In this document: positions 12,483-26,314 of the stretch, one piece after another
Numbering within the stretch: position 1 is the first letter of the stretch
Layout of the letters: the number at the start of each line of letters is the position of its first letter
Assembly (NCBI RefSeq): GCF_009914755.1
Contig: NC_060928.1
DNA from: the human T2T-CHM13v2.0 reference genome, Homo sapiens
DNA: 64,000 nt
Strand: one strand, 5' to 3'
The notes under the pieces: generated by a model
The model's database searches: none
Told to the model about the DNA's origin: nothing
What the model saw: only the letters and a program-made list of their open reading frames with translations
Made by a program: the position numbers and the translations under genes

Positions 12483-14759
12483 AAAAAAGTTTTAAACTCC
12501 AAAATAAACTAGAAGTATTTGAAATACAAAACATTTTATTTTACATTAAAGCAAACATGTAGAGACATTAATGGAAATTAGACATGGCATATTTAGTACT
12601 TAGTGGATAAGAAAAGCAGTTTAGGCTAAAACTTAGGGCAGCAAAACTAGAAGATAATTGATGACATGAGAAGATCATACAACTATAAGCTCTTACAGGA
12701 AAGAGAAGACTTCGGGCTCATCAATTAAGGGCAGCAATCCCCAGACCCTTGGAAAAGGGAAAATAATGCCTGGAGGGAAAAATATCTATATTGTGAATCA
12801 ACTCTGGCACGCAACTATGCTGAATCAGTCTCATGTGAGACTTCGCTAAAGAATAAAGCCCCTTCTCCATTAAATACATCACTCCCAACGGCAACAATTA
12901 CAATTAGGAATTACGAGAAAAACAGCAAAGTTTCAAATATTCAGCAGTAATATCCAGATACTAAATCCATAGTTAAAAAAAGATTTCACTAGAAGCTCCT
13001 CACTCTGAAAAGAAAATGTCAAAGCAAGGAAGGATATCAGCAATGTTCAGAGGAGAATGACGTGTTTTCAGTTATGGAAATTAGTCCATAATTGAATGAA
13101 GAAGAGATAGATCCAATAGTATTATAGTACATATATTATAATGATGGAGATAGAAAAAGATAAAAGTGAAGACAGAAGCCATCAAGAAACAGACAAGATT
13201 GGAAACCAGGATACAGGAGAAAGGACAAAATATCTTTTACTTATTACAAAATAGTATTTTACTTTTATAAAAAATATTTAAATCATAAGTCTTGCATTTC
13301 TCATTCTCTTCTATTTTTTTCAGCCGGTCAGTGGGAAAAAGGTAGCCCCTTGATATCCTTGTAATATTAGAATTACACAGGCTAAGTATTGCAGTAGGAG
13401 CTGTTATATAAAATATCTGATGTGTTATGTGTGTATAAGCAGAATAGTTTCCTGCCCGGAGGGCAGTTTCTCCTCTTGACATCTCCAGTCCATTTGTCTA
13501 GCACCTGACAACACTACTATTGGCAGTCATGTCATCATTTGCTTTTTCCAGGCATTTAAGGATGTCATTAGGCCTTAGGCTTTTTGAAGCAAGAAAGGGC
13601 AGATGCTTTGTACTTTTTCTGGTGTCATATTTGGCAGCCTTTCTGTGAAATTACTGCAGTGTTCTCATCTGCCAGATGTCAGTGAAACTTGAAGTAAAGG
13701 GACAAGCATCCCAGAGATGTCAGTGGAAACTGGTTTTTGTTGTTTTGTTTTTAAATGAAGTCTCCACTAAAGACTGAAGAAGATACAAACTCATAGACAC
13801 TGCAGTTGCTTGTAAAGTGCTTTCCATCATAGCTTTAAAATATATAGAGAAAAGTAAAAGGCAGTATCAAGATAACATCGAAAGATATACATGTAAGTTT
13901 AGCAGAAATGAGATGTAGTGAAACAAAAATGCAGCACAAAAAACCTCAAAGATTAAGAAAACAACAGAAATATATGAAGAGACAAGAGAAAACAGTGGTG
14001 AATTACAACTAGATAAAACAGGAAATACGTAGCATGCAATTTCAAGGACCCTCAATGTTCTACCTGAACAAAATCAACTTCCCTTATTACATAATTTTTT
14101 AAAAATTGTATTTGAGTATATATGGATTTTAATTTGTTCAAGATAGTCATAATTAGTAGAAATAAATTATTAACTAGTTAATGTATTAGAACCAATTTTT
14201 GATGGTGCAGCAAAACACAGACATCTGAGGTAATAAAATTAATTCCTTGATTTATAAATTGTATTACCATATATGATTGTATCTAATCATCCTGTCAATT
14301 CTGTGAATTAAATAAAGCAAGCATTGCTGTTATATACTACAGATGGGGAAATTGAGGTCTAGGATAAAGTACTACTCAGCAATAGAAATTCAACTAAAAA
14401 ATTTGCTTTCTTCCTCCCAGCTAGAGTTTTTACAGTTTTCATAATACAGCTCCAAGTACATAAGAAGAGACAAATTTGGATGAGTAGAGGAATATAATAA
14501 ATGAATAAATCAGCAAGAAGGCAAGCAAAATAAACTAAAATAAAGAAGTAAAACATAGGTATATTACCCAGAAATACCAAAGGGATACTCCTAAATATTG
14601 TTTAGAAAAAAAAATGATATAAATAATGGGATGACTATGTGACACATGAAAAAGAAAGACAAAAACTATTGGATGCTCCTGCTCAATTTTACATCACATT
14701 TCTGTTTGGTGAGGCAAGGTATAAAATATTTCTTTATAAACTCTATTTACCAACTCCTC

Positions 14760-14920
14760 TTGCTGGAGGAGGCTGGTATTTTGTTCTACTCAAGCCTTCA
14801 ACTGACTGGATGAGGCCCACTAACACTCTGAAAAGCCATCTGTTTTACTTCAAGTTCATCATTGAAATGGTAAACTGATTCAAACACACCCTCCAAGTTG
14901 ACACACAAAATTAAGCATCA
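14760..14920 (-). mobile_element. MLT2 LTR fragment
   Basis: gccttcaactgactggatgaggcccac...caagttgacacacaaaattaagcatca. Confidence 0.8.
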
Positions 14921-15455
14921 AAATGGTATCTTCTCAATAAAAAGCTGAATTTCAACTTATTTTTAAAATATAACTTAATATTTATTAATCTACTGAGTGT
15001 CATGCCCTTTCCCAGGCTTTAGGGATATAGTGGTAAAACTGGCAGACAAATCTCTGAGCTGTATGCTCTATATATGGTCATTACCAGTAATGCTTTAATT
15101 CTGGGGCAATGGCATTTAAATGACTCGTACTGTTTAAAGCAAAAGGGCTCTTTCCACAACATACACATAAGACTTTTCTCCTCGTGGCAAGACTCTAACA
15201 TTTACATTCTTAGTAACATAAACCTATTGAAAACTTACAGCACATGAAAGCATTTAGAAATGATTAGTGAAACACAGATCTCTGAACATCTACTCTGGGA
15301 GAAAACAAAATAATGTTTCCTAAAGCTTTCCACATTTTTTATCAATTTTTATTGAGATCATTTTTATTAAAAGGTATTACAGGGATATATAATTTCTTAA
15401 AAGTCTTCCCTATAGTATAGTAATTATTTGTCAGCATTGAAAACAGCTTTGAGAG

Positions 15456-15458
<3 letters not shown>

Positions 15459-15492
<34 letters not shown>
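15459..15492. repeat. (AT)17 microsatellite (short second AT run at 15504-15517)
   Basis: Read directly. Confidence 0.97.
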
Positions 15493-15494
<2 letters not shown>

Positions 15495-15749
15495 TCTCAA
15501 TGGATATATATATATATTTTTAATATATGTAAATATTATGTTTGCTGTATACATTTGCTTCAAATATAAAACAAAGCACTTATTATAAACTTGTATGTTC
15601 AGTTTGATAGTTTTATGGGGTTTAGGACTTACTCATTGTTTAGTATTAATACATTTTATATGAAGCCAATGCTTACTTATGGGGAAAACTTAAAAATAAA
15701 TATATTTTATTAAAAAATGCTAGTTTATTGAAAAATACAGCAGCTATAA

Positions 15750-16276
15750 TACATTCGTTTTCTAAGGCTGTTTTAACAAATTATCACAACCTTAGTGTCT
15801 TAAAGCAACATAAATTATTCTTTCACATTTCCAGAAGCCAAAAGTCCTAAATCAGTAGCACTGTGCTGAAACCAAGGTGTTGACAGAGCTATGTTATTTT
15901 CAGAGGCTCTAGGAAGGAATACATTCTTTCCCTTTTCTGGCTTCTGTTGGCTGCTGGCATTCCTTGGATTGTGGCTACATTATTTAAATCAAGGCTCACA
16001 TCTTCAAATCTTTCTCTGCTCCCTTTTCATATTGACTTCTTCTCTGTGTGTGGCTGTGTGAAATCACTGTCTGCCTTTCTCTTATAAAATTACTTGAGGT
16101 TGCAGTTAGATAACCTTTCCTGGATAATCCAGGAGAATCACTGTGTTTCAACATCGTTAATTTAGTCACATCTGCAAAGAGGCCTTTCCCTTATAAAAAG
16201 TAACATTTACAGGTTCCAGAGAATAGAACCTGATATCTCTTTTTTGGGGGAGGGGGACATTAATCAACCTATTGTA
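15750..16276 (-). mobile_element. MLT1C/D-type MaLR LTR
   Basis: aacaaattatcacaaccttagtgtcttaaagcaac...ggataatccaggagaatc...cacatctgcaaag...acaggttccagagaatag. Confidence 0.85.
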
Positions 16277-16325
16277 GCCACCTTGCAATACATGATTAAT
16301 TTTCATTTTTATGAATGTGTTGGTA

Positions 16326-16638
16326 AAGATAAATTATATTATGGTACAGTAAAAAAAAAAAACCCAAAGTATTGATGGCTGAAAATGACAAGGGCTTATT
16401 TTTCCCTCATACCCACATCCATCCATACTATCCTCACCCAGAGATTGAGCCTTTAACCTTAAGACGTGGGCTGGTATACACACAGATACAAACTGTGTCA
16501 TTGTGCATCACCAATTTTTTAAAATCTCCACCTGGAATCTGACATTTCATTAGCCACCTCTAACTACAAGAGATCCTATCGTGTGCCTACAAAGAAAAGA
16601 ATCAGAAATGTTGGTGTATAGCTCTAATGACTATCACA
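16326..16638 (-). mobile_element. Older MLT1 (K/L-like) LTR remnant
   Basis: Ends agaaatgttggtgtatagctctaatgactatcaca; degenerate. Confidence 0.45.
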
Positions 16639-17902
16639 ATGAGGTCACATGTTAGGACCAAAAGGCCCAATATGATATGAAGAAATCTGATTTGGGGCAA
16701 AAGTTAAGAAGAATAAATTGAACTTACTTAGCATGATGTTGCTTAATACCAGTGTCCAGCTTTTAACTTGATGATTCTGCTTTCAGTTTTGGAATACCAA
16801 TTTAGAAAATATATTATTTCACATTTTTGTATATTAAATAATAGGTTTTCATAAAATATATTAGGTACTATCTGAATAACCTGGATCATCTTTGTTTTAA
16901 CTGGTATTGGTTAAGATTTTGAAGCATAATTGAACTAGGTTGCTATTCGAATGGACCTGAACATATTTCCTTGGGGTGATGGGAGAAGATGTGATATTGT
17001 CTCAAGCAACAGTACAAATAACAAGTCCTTTGCTAAGACTTTGATTTTTGTCTTTAGAGTTGCTTGTTCAGCAGAAAGAGGGTATAGGTTTTTATGTAAC
17101 ATCAAATAAAGAAAAGGCAGTGGCCAGTTAAAACAAGGATGAATTATTGAAGTGTTCTGAAGCTAAGGAGAACTTGAAATAAGTTTTAAACATTGGCAGT
17201 AAGGCCAGGTTACTAACGGAAAGCTTGAAGTGCTACTTTTGGGTGGATTTCATTTGTCATGAATGTATCCTCAGCATTAAAGAATGATCTCACACTTATT
17301 TGGTCATCTTGACAAAGAGATTGTAAGAAATTAGTGTTTTTTTAAAATATAAAGAAGCACAGTGACATGATTTTTATAAAAGCATGTTCTAAACTGGAAA
17401 GCACTATACAAATGTAGACTTATTTATCCCTGAAGTTTTGCATGTTAATTCATTGGCAAGTCATGAAATTTATAGCTCAAATGCACAGAACACACAGACT
17501 TTTTACACAGCATTTGGTATCATATCTTATTTTCTGAACACTGGAACTCCAAATTACAATGTAGGACAGCAAATTGCAGAGGAGTGAAATTAAGAGGCCA
17601 CCTCTAAATTATCAGCTAAGGCCAACATGTGGTCAATCCTCTTTAAAGTAGGTAGAATGAAATTAGTAAAACACATGTGACCTCTTGGGAGCACAGAAGA
17701 GAAGATAAAGCTAAGAAGTAAATGGATGCAAGCAATGGAGTAGGATAAATATAATACAATTTTAGAAGCTAATAAACACTAATAATATTACATATCATCC
17801 AAATCAAATTCTTTTGATGGTGAAAAGAAGGTGATTCTAATAACATCTCTACAACAACAGGAGCAAACCAGGACTCTAAGCACACTAAGTTCTATCACCA
17901 TC

Positions 17903-18215
<313 letters not shown>

Positions 18216-19425
18216 ACCTCACCCTCTTTTTAATGTTTAAATTTTAAAAGAATGTTTAATATCTAAAAGACTTAATGTTTAAAAGGTTTAATCTACTCCC
18301 AGGAAATCTGCAAATTAAAATTCCCCTGGGTAAATAGTTCACATATACTCCTCCACATACCAACACATGTTCTAAATATATATTTTTATAATCTACAGAA
18401 ATCTTAAACCTGCATTATGCTGTGTTATCTAATCAAATGTTTAAAATTACATTCTGAACCTACTTATGAAAAGTACTATGTTCATCCTATAGAAAAAGAC
18501 CAAATCTTACAGTAAGTAACATGGTAATTAGCAGTTGGAGCATTGTGTGGTTTAATACACTATACAAGTGTTTTTCAAAGAGTAATATATTTTGTTGTTG
18601 GTAGCGGAGCATGACGAACTTGGGTGGGGTTCAAACAATATATGCTTACCCCATTATCCTTCTCATCACCTATTCCAGAATCTCTTCTGTAAGACCTTTT
18701 TTCCAGTTACAAGGGATTGAACTTGCTCATTTCTGCAACCTCTATGGAAAAAACAGATTGCAAATGTCTTCTCCACCCCACAAACTACCCAGTGGTTCCA
18801 TCTAGGACAAATTGAAATCCTGTGCATGTCCAAATTTTACTCAGTTGCCATACCAGGAAAGAAAGGTCTCTACCAATTTTCTGTAGAGTAGAGTAGAGTA
18901 GATATTCAAGGGAACACACACGGTGCATAGATGGGGGTTCTTATGGCTGATGGATAAAGATTCCTCTCTCAGAGCTTCAGGTCACATACACTGTATCTTC
19001 CAGCACGTTTCCTCGAAAGCCTCACTCAGAACTCCCTCAGCTCCCACAGCACATCCTCTGAAGCAGATCTATTCAGTTTGGTCCTGGATATCCAGCAACG
19101 ACGCCTTCAGTTGGCATTCTGTCAGTTCCCCAGGTATCCATCAATCCTACCATATCCCTTTTGTCTCCTTTTGTCCATGTGTGTCCCTTTTTATGCATCA
19201 CCTTGGCTTAATTTTATGTATTTTGGATGTTTGGATGTATTCATGTATTTCGGATGAGCCACATCTCATTGGCACTTTTTCTGGAGATGCCTAACTAATA
19301 TGCCATCAATATATTTTTTTCTTTCACAAGGAAAATTAGTAGTACATTTTATAAAATAAGAAATAAAAGAAAGGGAAAAAAATCCCAGTCACATTCATAT
19401 ACGTACACATTCACTCACAGAAATG

Positions 19426-19469
19426 TACATACACATACACATACACACACACACACGCACACACACACA
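19426..19469. repeat. Imperfect (CA)n
   Basis: Read directly. Confidence 0.9.
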
Positions 19470-19604
19470 TCGATCATCATCAAAAAAATCAAAACCATTC
19501 CCCTTTACAACTAATGCTGGTAGGTCACAGATTTAACACACTCTTTTAAAATAAATAAGTAAATTCACTGCTAAAAGGTATAATCAAGGAAATGAAAATA
19601 GTGA

Positions 19605-19798
19605 TGGCTGAAGGCAGAAGGGCAAAAGAGAGAACAAGAGATATTCAAATTCACCCTTTTATATGGGAACAATACCACCCAGGAACATGTAGCCCTCATG
19701 GCCTAATCATCTCTTAAAGTTTTCACCTTTGAATATGGTTACATAGAAATTAAATTTCAGCATGAATTGTAGCAGGAGCAAACATTTAAATCATAGCA
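19605..19798 (-). mobile_element. MST-type MaLR LTR fragment
   Basis: gccctcatggcctaatcatctcttaaag...aattaaatttcagcatga...aaacatttaaatcatagca. Confidence 0.75.
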
Positions 19799-20845
19799 GC
19801 TACTAATAGTAGATTGGCAAAAACAACAACAACAACAACAAAAACACATCTTATGATTCTGGTATTCAAAGGGATATATTCCTATGGAATTAAGCAGGCA
19901 ATAATTAAGATAAGTACATAATATATAAAATAAATATAGTATGCCTACATATGCATAGTTAGTGTTTCTGAAAGTGAGATATAAAATAATAGAAAAGAGA
20001 GAGAAAAAAAACCCTTTGGTATCACAAATATTAAAAGACATCACAGTCTGAAATGTAAAAATCAAAACTACAAAAATAGTAGAAGACAACAAAGAAAAAA
20101 ATAGATGACCTAGGCTTTGATAATAACATTTTAGATATGACACCAATGGCACAATCCATGAAAGAAAGAATTGATAAGTTGGCCTTCATTAAAAATTTAT
20201 CATTTTTTCTCTGTGAAAGATATTGTCCAGAGAATTAAAAGAGAAGCCACAGACTAGGAGAAAATATTTGCAAAAGACATAGCTGATAAATGACTGCTAT
20301 CTAATATGTACAAAGAAGTCTTCAAACTCAACAATAAAAAAACAAACAACCCAATTAAAATGTTGAGCTAAATACCTTAACAGACAACTCACCCAGGAAG
20401 ATATACAGATGACAGTTAAACATAGGAAAAGATGCTCCACATCATATGTCATCAGGGAAACACAAAATAAAACAACAGTGAGATGTCTCTACACACCATT
20501 AAAATGGCCAAAATTCAGAACATTGACAACACCAAATGCTGACAAGAATGTCGAGCAACAGGATCTCACATTCGTTGCTGGAGGGAACACAAAATAGAAC
20601 AGTCATCTTGAAAGACAGTTTGACTGTTTCTTACCAAACTAAATATACTCTTACCACAAGATCCAGCAATCATGCTTCTTGAAATTTACCCAAAGGAGTT
20701 GAAAACTTATTTTCTCACAAAAACCTGCACATAAATGTTTATAGCAGCCTTACTCATAATTGCCAATACTTGGACACAACCAAGATGTTCTTCAGTAAGT
20801 AAACAGATGAATAAACTGTGGCATATCCAGGGAATGGAATATTAT

Positions 20846-21029
20846 TCAATGGCCAGGGTGGGGGGGGGGCATATTTTAATTGCTATGTATACCCATTTCA
20901 AATATATACTTGCGGATTGAAGAATTGAATATTAGGTGGATCCATGGACTTTGTAGGTTCATTGTGAGCTAGGACTCCAGCCAGTACTTTATTTATTACT
21001 TTTTCCTTGTAAGCATCCACTTATAACAA
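20846..21029 (+). repeat. Local direct duplicate of 24115-24283
   Basis: By-eye alignment: about 8 substitutions over ~150 bp, a 12-bp insertion and a longer G-run. Confidence 0.95.
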
Positions 21030-21109
21030 TAAAATAAAATAAAATAAAATAAAATAAAATAAAATAAAATAAAATAAAATAAAATAAAATATAAAATAAA
21101 AAATAAATA
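21030..21109. repeat. (TAAAA)n pentanucleotide microsatellite
   Basis: About 12 perfect units, then decay. Confidence 0.95.
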
Positions 21110-21139
21110 AGCAATCAAGCCATGAAAAATACTGGAGGT

Positions 21140-24100
21140 GTGGCATCAGTGTGGATTCAGAGAGCAGCAGAGGGGGCTATCAGACAATTATACTCCCTGA
21201 AGCAGAGGCTCAGAAAGCCACATTTTCAGAGTTACTCCAATTAATCCTTCTTATGTAAAATATTTACTTTTAAATGCAGATTTGGGAATAGCTCCTCCAC
21301 AGACCCCAGGATTTCTCCTCCTGAAAGGAAACATAAAAGAAAGATTAACAGGACAATTTATAGCCCTGGTCACTGCAGTTGGTTTTGAAGTTGCAGTTGC
21401 AGGTATCCTCTCTCTCCTACATCATCCATTCTAATTTTTGTTTATTGTTAGCCATTGCATCAGCATGTCTTGGTGGCCAACCTAGTAATGTGACCCAAAC
21501 CTTCATTCCCAAGTGGTCATTTGACTTTCAGGTTGCTGCATTTATCCATTCACAGTTATAGTAAGGAAAGAGAATATCAGGAGTCACCCAAATTTATCAC
21601 TTCAGCTTCCCAGTGCTCCTCCCTCATTGGGTAAAAGCAGCCCTAACATTTTCTGCTGATCAGAGTCAGTTATTCTGGCCAGTATGCTGATTTCCCTTAC
21701 CAGTTGGATGCTGCACGCAAGGAGTCCAAAGAACCCTGATGTAGCTTGTAGTCTGTAGTCCAGTGGCATCCATGCTGTGTCCGCTTAAAGAATATGCTCC
21801 ATTTATGAACTAAGAACTCCAATCATGAAGAGCACATGAATTTAGAGAGAAGAAGCACAAATTCCCTCCAGCTGTGTTTTTAGAAATATTAGTAATGGAT
21901 CCATACTACTCCACTTCTTCATGTTTGTTCTGGGACCTATGTATTCTTCCTTTGGAGAATACAGCACCATATAGATTCCTCGGATTTAATACATGTACTT
22001 TGTCCTGAAGGATGGCATCCCATTATTTCACACTGGATTATGAGATAATAATTCAGCTGCCATTTAAAAGGCTTTCCAGATTTTTATGGGGCTCTTATTT
22101 TCAGATGGTGCATTATCGGCCATAATTTTTCAATGTGATGTGAGTCCCCAGGTCACATGCTATGCTGTGGCAGATTTCATGCCTGCAGAACAGGTATTTT
22201 GTAAGTTTCTTTACAGCGGACTCTGCAGGCAAGGAAGGCAAATTCATACTCAGAAAGACAGTATGGCTGAGAAGACAGACGGCTGAGTTCAAACTGAACT
22301 GAGCTCAATGTACTCAAGTTGCCATAGAAAATCAATTCCTTAAGGAATATTGCCATATTGCAGATTCAGTGTTGGCCTTTTTCTGAACATTTGGACATTC
22401 AGATAGACCAATTACTAGCAAGAATCCATGTTGTTGGGTTTCTAGATAGCCTCTGTCTCCATTACCTTCATTATTCCCTTCGTGCCTAGAGGGTGAGTTC
22501 TGGAACAGTCGATGAAGAAGTTTGACAAACACCAACTGGTCAAGTCATTTGGTCTGTGTTGTTCAGTTCCTGGTTGTGGATGCTGTCTAGCAGGCTTTAA
22601 CATGTGTCTGCAAAACCTTCCAGTTATCCTCCCACTCTCATGTATCTACCTGTGTGCTTGTATCACAGACCTCCTTATTTCCATTCCATTAATTTTCTAT
22701 TATTGGTGTAATAGATTACTGCAAACTCAGTAGTATAAATAAATACACATTTATTCTGTTACAGTTCTGTAGATTAGATGTCAAACACTGGTTTCACTGG
22801 GATAAAATCCAAATGTCCACGGAGCTATATTCCTCTCTAAGGGAACGCCTATTTCTTTATCTTTTTCAGCTTCTAGAGGCTACCCACATTTCTTGACTGA
22901 AGACCCTCTGCATCCTTCTTATTAAGCTTTTGTAGTCACAATTCCTTCCCAATACAGCCAGGGGGGGTTTCCCACTGTTAATAATTCATATTATTAGACA
23001 GGACCCCCCTAATAATGCAGGATAATCTCACCATATCAAGGCCTTTAATTTTACTTATGTCTACAAAGTCCCTTTTACTATGTAAGATAATACATCCTCA
23101 GGTTCCAAGAATTAGGATGTGGATATTTTGGGGGGAGGGGGATATTGTTCCTTCTACCACATGGGTTTTCTAGTTCTTTTCCTTTTAGGCACCTGAGCAC
23201 ATAAACAGACCATTGGTCACTGTCTAGAAATCTATATGCATTCTCATCTTGGGCCACCTTTTCTTCATCCAATATGGATGACTAGGTGTAGTGCTGTAGT
23301 TTTGTCCATTGGGAAAATTTTTGATCTCCACTATCTTTCAAGGCTACTTCTAATGTGGCCACAATGCAGCTGCTATCCATTTTTGGTTTCCACACATACT
23401 CTGAGACAATCTGTCTGTAAGCCATAGTCAGATTGTGTTTTTCTCCTCCTTCAACTGGTCGTAAGGATCTCTCCCCACAATATGACCGCAAGCACAGTGT
23501 GGGTACCTGGTCATGAAGCTTACCCACATATTTTTACTTTGCTTAGGCTGAAAACAGTATAAAATATTTTTACGTTAAGACTGCCTGCTGCCAGATTCAT
23601 CTGAATGCTTACATTTAGTAGTTCAAACATAATACAGCTTCTAATGGTATAGATTTTTTGACTATATTGTGATAAAGGGTGGGAGAGTTAATATAAATCT
23701 GAAACAAAACTGTAAATGAATAATGTCTATCTCAAGTACATGTAAAATGTTTCTCATCTTCTTATCTAATTGGAGTGGAAAACACATATTCACCAACTCA
23801 ATGATCACATTACATGTACATAAGATTGCAGCTGTGATTGTGGCTACCATTTGGTTAAGACTGTGGCAATTTATAGTCATTTCCAGAACTCATCTGTTTT
23901 CTGCAGTGGCCAGATTGGAAAATGAAGTAGAGATATGATGCAGACAACCAGCCATGCATCTTTTAGGTCTTTATTCATGGCACTAATCTATACCATCTTC
24001 CTAAGGATGAAATATTATTTTTATGTATTATCTTCCCTGAAGTGTTGGGGAAGGGTCAGAGGTTTTCTTTTGTCTTTTATCATTATACTAGGTCTTACTT

Positions 24101-24880
24101 AACAATCTAAGATCTCAATGGCAAGCGGGGAGGGGCATATTTTAATTGCTGTATATACCCATTTCAAATATATACTTGTGGATTGAAGAATTGAATATTA
24201 GGTGGATCCATGGACTTTGTAGGCTCAATGTGAGCTAGGATTTCAGCCAGTACTTTTTCCTTGTAAGCGTCCACTTATAACAAGGGACCTATTATTGTTG
24301 GTCTCTTGGTATCAAAGTAAATTTATTCCTTGAGCCTTTAGCGTCATAGTTCTTGAAATAACTGGATATTCTTTTTTTCCCTGAGACCGGGAGAATCATC
24401 ACAATCTATATTTCCCATGGTGTTGAAGGGTCTTTCCTCATCATGACACAACCACTTCTTTAATCAATGTGTTCCAGATATAAAATCTAGCTGACATTTG
24501 GGATCGAACAAGGAACTCTGGCTTTCGGCTGAAGCGAATATTCGCGCTTCTGCAGGTGCCTATACGAGTGGCTAAATCCAAGACTTGATATAGTTATTTT
24601 TCCATGAACCACCAGTGAAAATCTCTGACCAAGTCCCTCATTAATTGCAATTTTATCATTTATGTTCACTGTGGGTAGAGAAAAATATGAAACACATATT
24701 GTGGCTTAATTCTTTGCTTTGGTATAGGTGCCCATCATTTTGTCTGGAAAGTGAAATTCAATCTGCTCAGCTTGTCTATGAAGTCAGTGACTTCTTGTCC
24801 ATGGTAACTGTTAAACTATACAATGCAAACTTGTGTACCAATATAGCATAAAGGGGTGAAAATTGTGATGTGAAAGGAAA
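21140..24880 (-). mobile_element. ERV-L-class (HERV16/ERVL-like) internal remnant: gag end, pro, RT, RNase H, IN/dUTPase region
   Basis: Minus translations: KDLKDAW..PIWPLQKTDEFWKMTINCHSLNQMVATITAA (RT N-term, ~23980-23820); RWPKMRMHIDF*TVTNGL (RNase H, ~23260); WDAILQDKVHVLNPRNLYGAV..KGRIHRSQN (IN C-term, ~22020-21925); GMKVWVT (~21510). All match ERV-L pol; heavily broken and deleted; outer boundaries approximate. Confidence 0.85.
22684..23161 (-). mobile_element. MLT1D-type LTR nested in ERV-L pol
   Basis: gcttctagaggctacccacatttcttg...ggataatctcaccatatcaagg...ggttccaagaattaggatgtggatattttggggg...ctaccaca. Confidence 0.85.
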
Positions 24881-24919
24881 AATACAGATAGTTTAATATT
24901 ATATATTAAATGAAAAGAA

Positions 24920-25230
<311 letters not shown>

Positions 25231-26314
25231 TTAGGAAAGTAACTAAAAGGGGAAAAGTGTGAAATCTAGCACACATTAAGCACTGATAGAAGGGCATTGA
25301 ACTACTTTGTATGAAATTAGGAAGATTTAGAAAGTACATGACAATTGTCTTCCAATGTCTGCATTCTCTTCCGATGTCTGCAAGTTGTCCATGTGTAACA
25401 TTTGTGCAGGGATTTCCAGCTTATGTTGAAGTGTTCTTCATGAATTTGCTTATTATTTGATACTGATATTTTAGTAAAATTATACCAAAAATGCCTAGCA
25501 AGTATGTCTGTAAATCTTCAGTTGTGAAAATTAACATCATTGAAATTAAACTGAAATTTATGAAAAGGCTTAGGGTCTGTGGAGAAAAGCTATTGCATAA
25601 ATGCCAAGAAGTTAATATATGTATATGTGTATATGTTTTGATAAAATAGAAGCTATTCTATTAATTTATGTTTTCATATTCAGTGTTATCTAAGGATCAC
25701 ACAATATTTGATAAGTTAATGAATTCCATTGTTTTCAATCTGTGAATAAAATACAAGTTCCAGGGATTTCAAATAATTCACTTTAAGTGGAGCTGAATAA
25801 AGATTGTAATCTTAATTCAAAGTATGTGTAAACTTCCCAACTTAAGTCATATGCTTTAGTAAGTCTAGTTATAGAATTAATTACCAATTTAATAAACTAT
25901 TTATGAATAGTAATAATAACTTACTTTTATGTTTTCCTTTACTAATCAAAGTACATTATTTCCTTTAGTCTTTGAAAAAGCACATGTATAAATATAAAAA
26001 GGCATGTCTCACTATGAATAATTTACAATGACAAATCAGAGGAAAATTAGTGGTAGGTGAGTTCCCTGAGGTCGCCTGTCCAGTGAGTAACAGGACCAGG
26101 CAGAGAAGGATCTTCTAGTGCGGATCTTTTTTCACTATTTCGCATTTACATAATTCATATAATATTCAGAAGATTAAAGATGGCTTTTTGGCATTTTATC
26201 TCCCATATCCACCTATAAGTAATTGGAAATCAATTAATGTTTGTTGGACTCAAATAGTGGATAATGAATTATATAACCAGAAATATCTGTATTTTTTGTC
26301 CAACGAGATTATAC

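Larger units (their letters stand above)
20035..21138 (+). mobile_element. L1MC1-like fragment (ORF2 C-terminus and 3' UTR), interrupted at ~20846-21105
   Basis: gccacagactaggagaaaatatttgc...ORF 20735-20920 MFIAALLIIANTWTQPRCSS..KLWHI.GMEYYS (L1 ORF2 end); resumes aagcaatcaagccatgaaaa...ggagg after the insert. Confidence 0.85.

Noticed and set aside
18923-19294. 123-aa ORF
   Set aside because: Non-ATG start, no recognisable domain; lies in sequence ending like an old LTR (ttctggagatgcctaactaata)
19757-20152. 131-aa minus-strand ORF with a poly-Cys run
   Set aside because: Spans antisense L1, a (CAA)n repeat and an MST fragment; chance ORF
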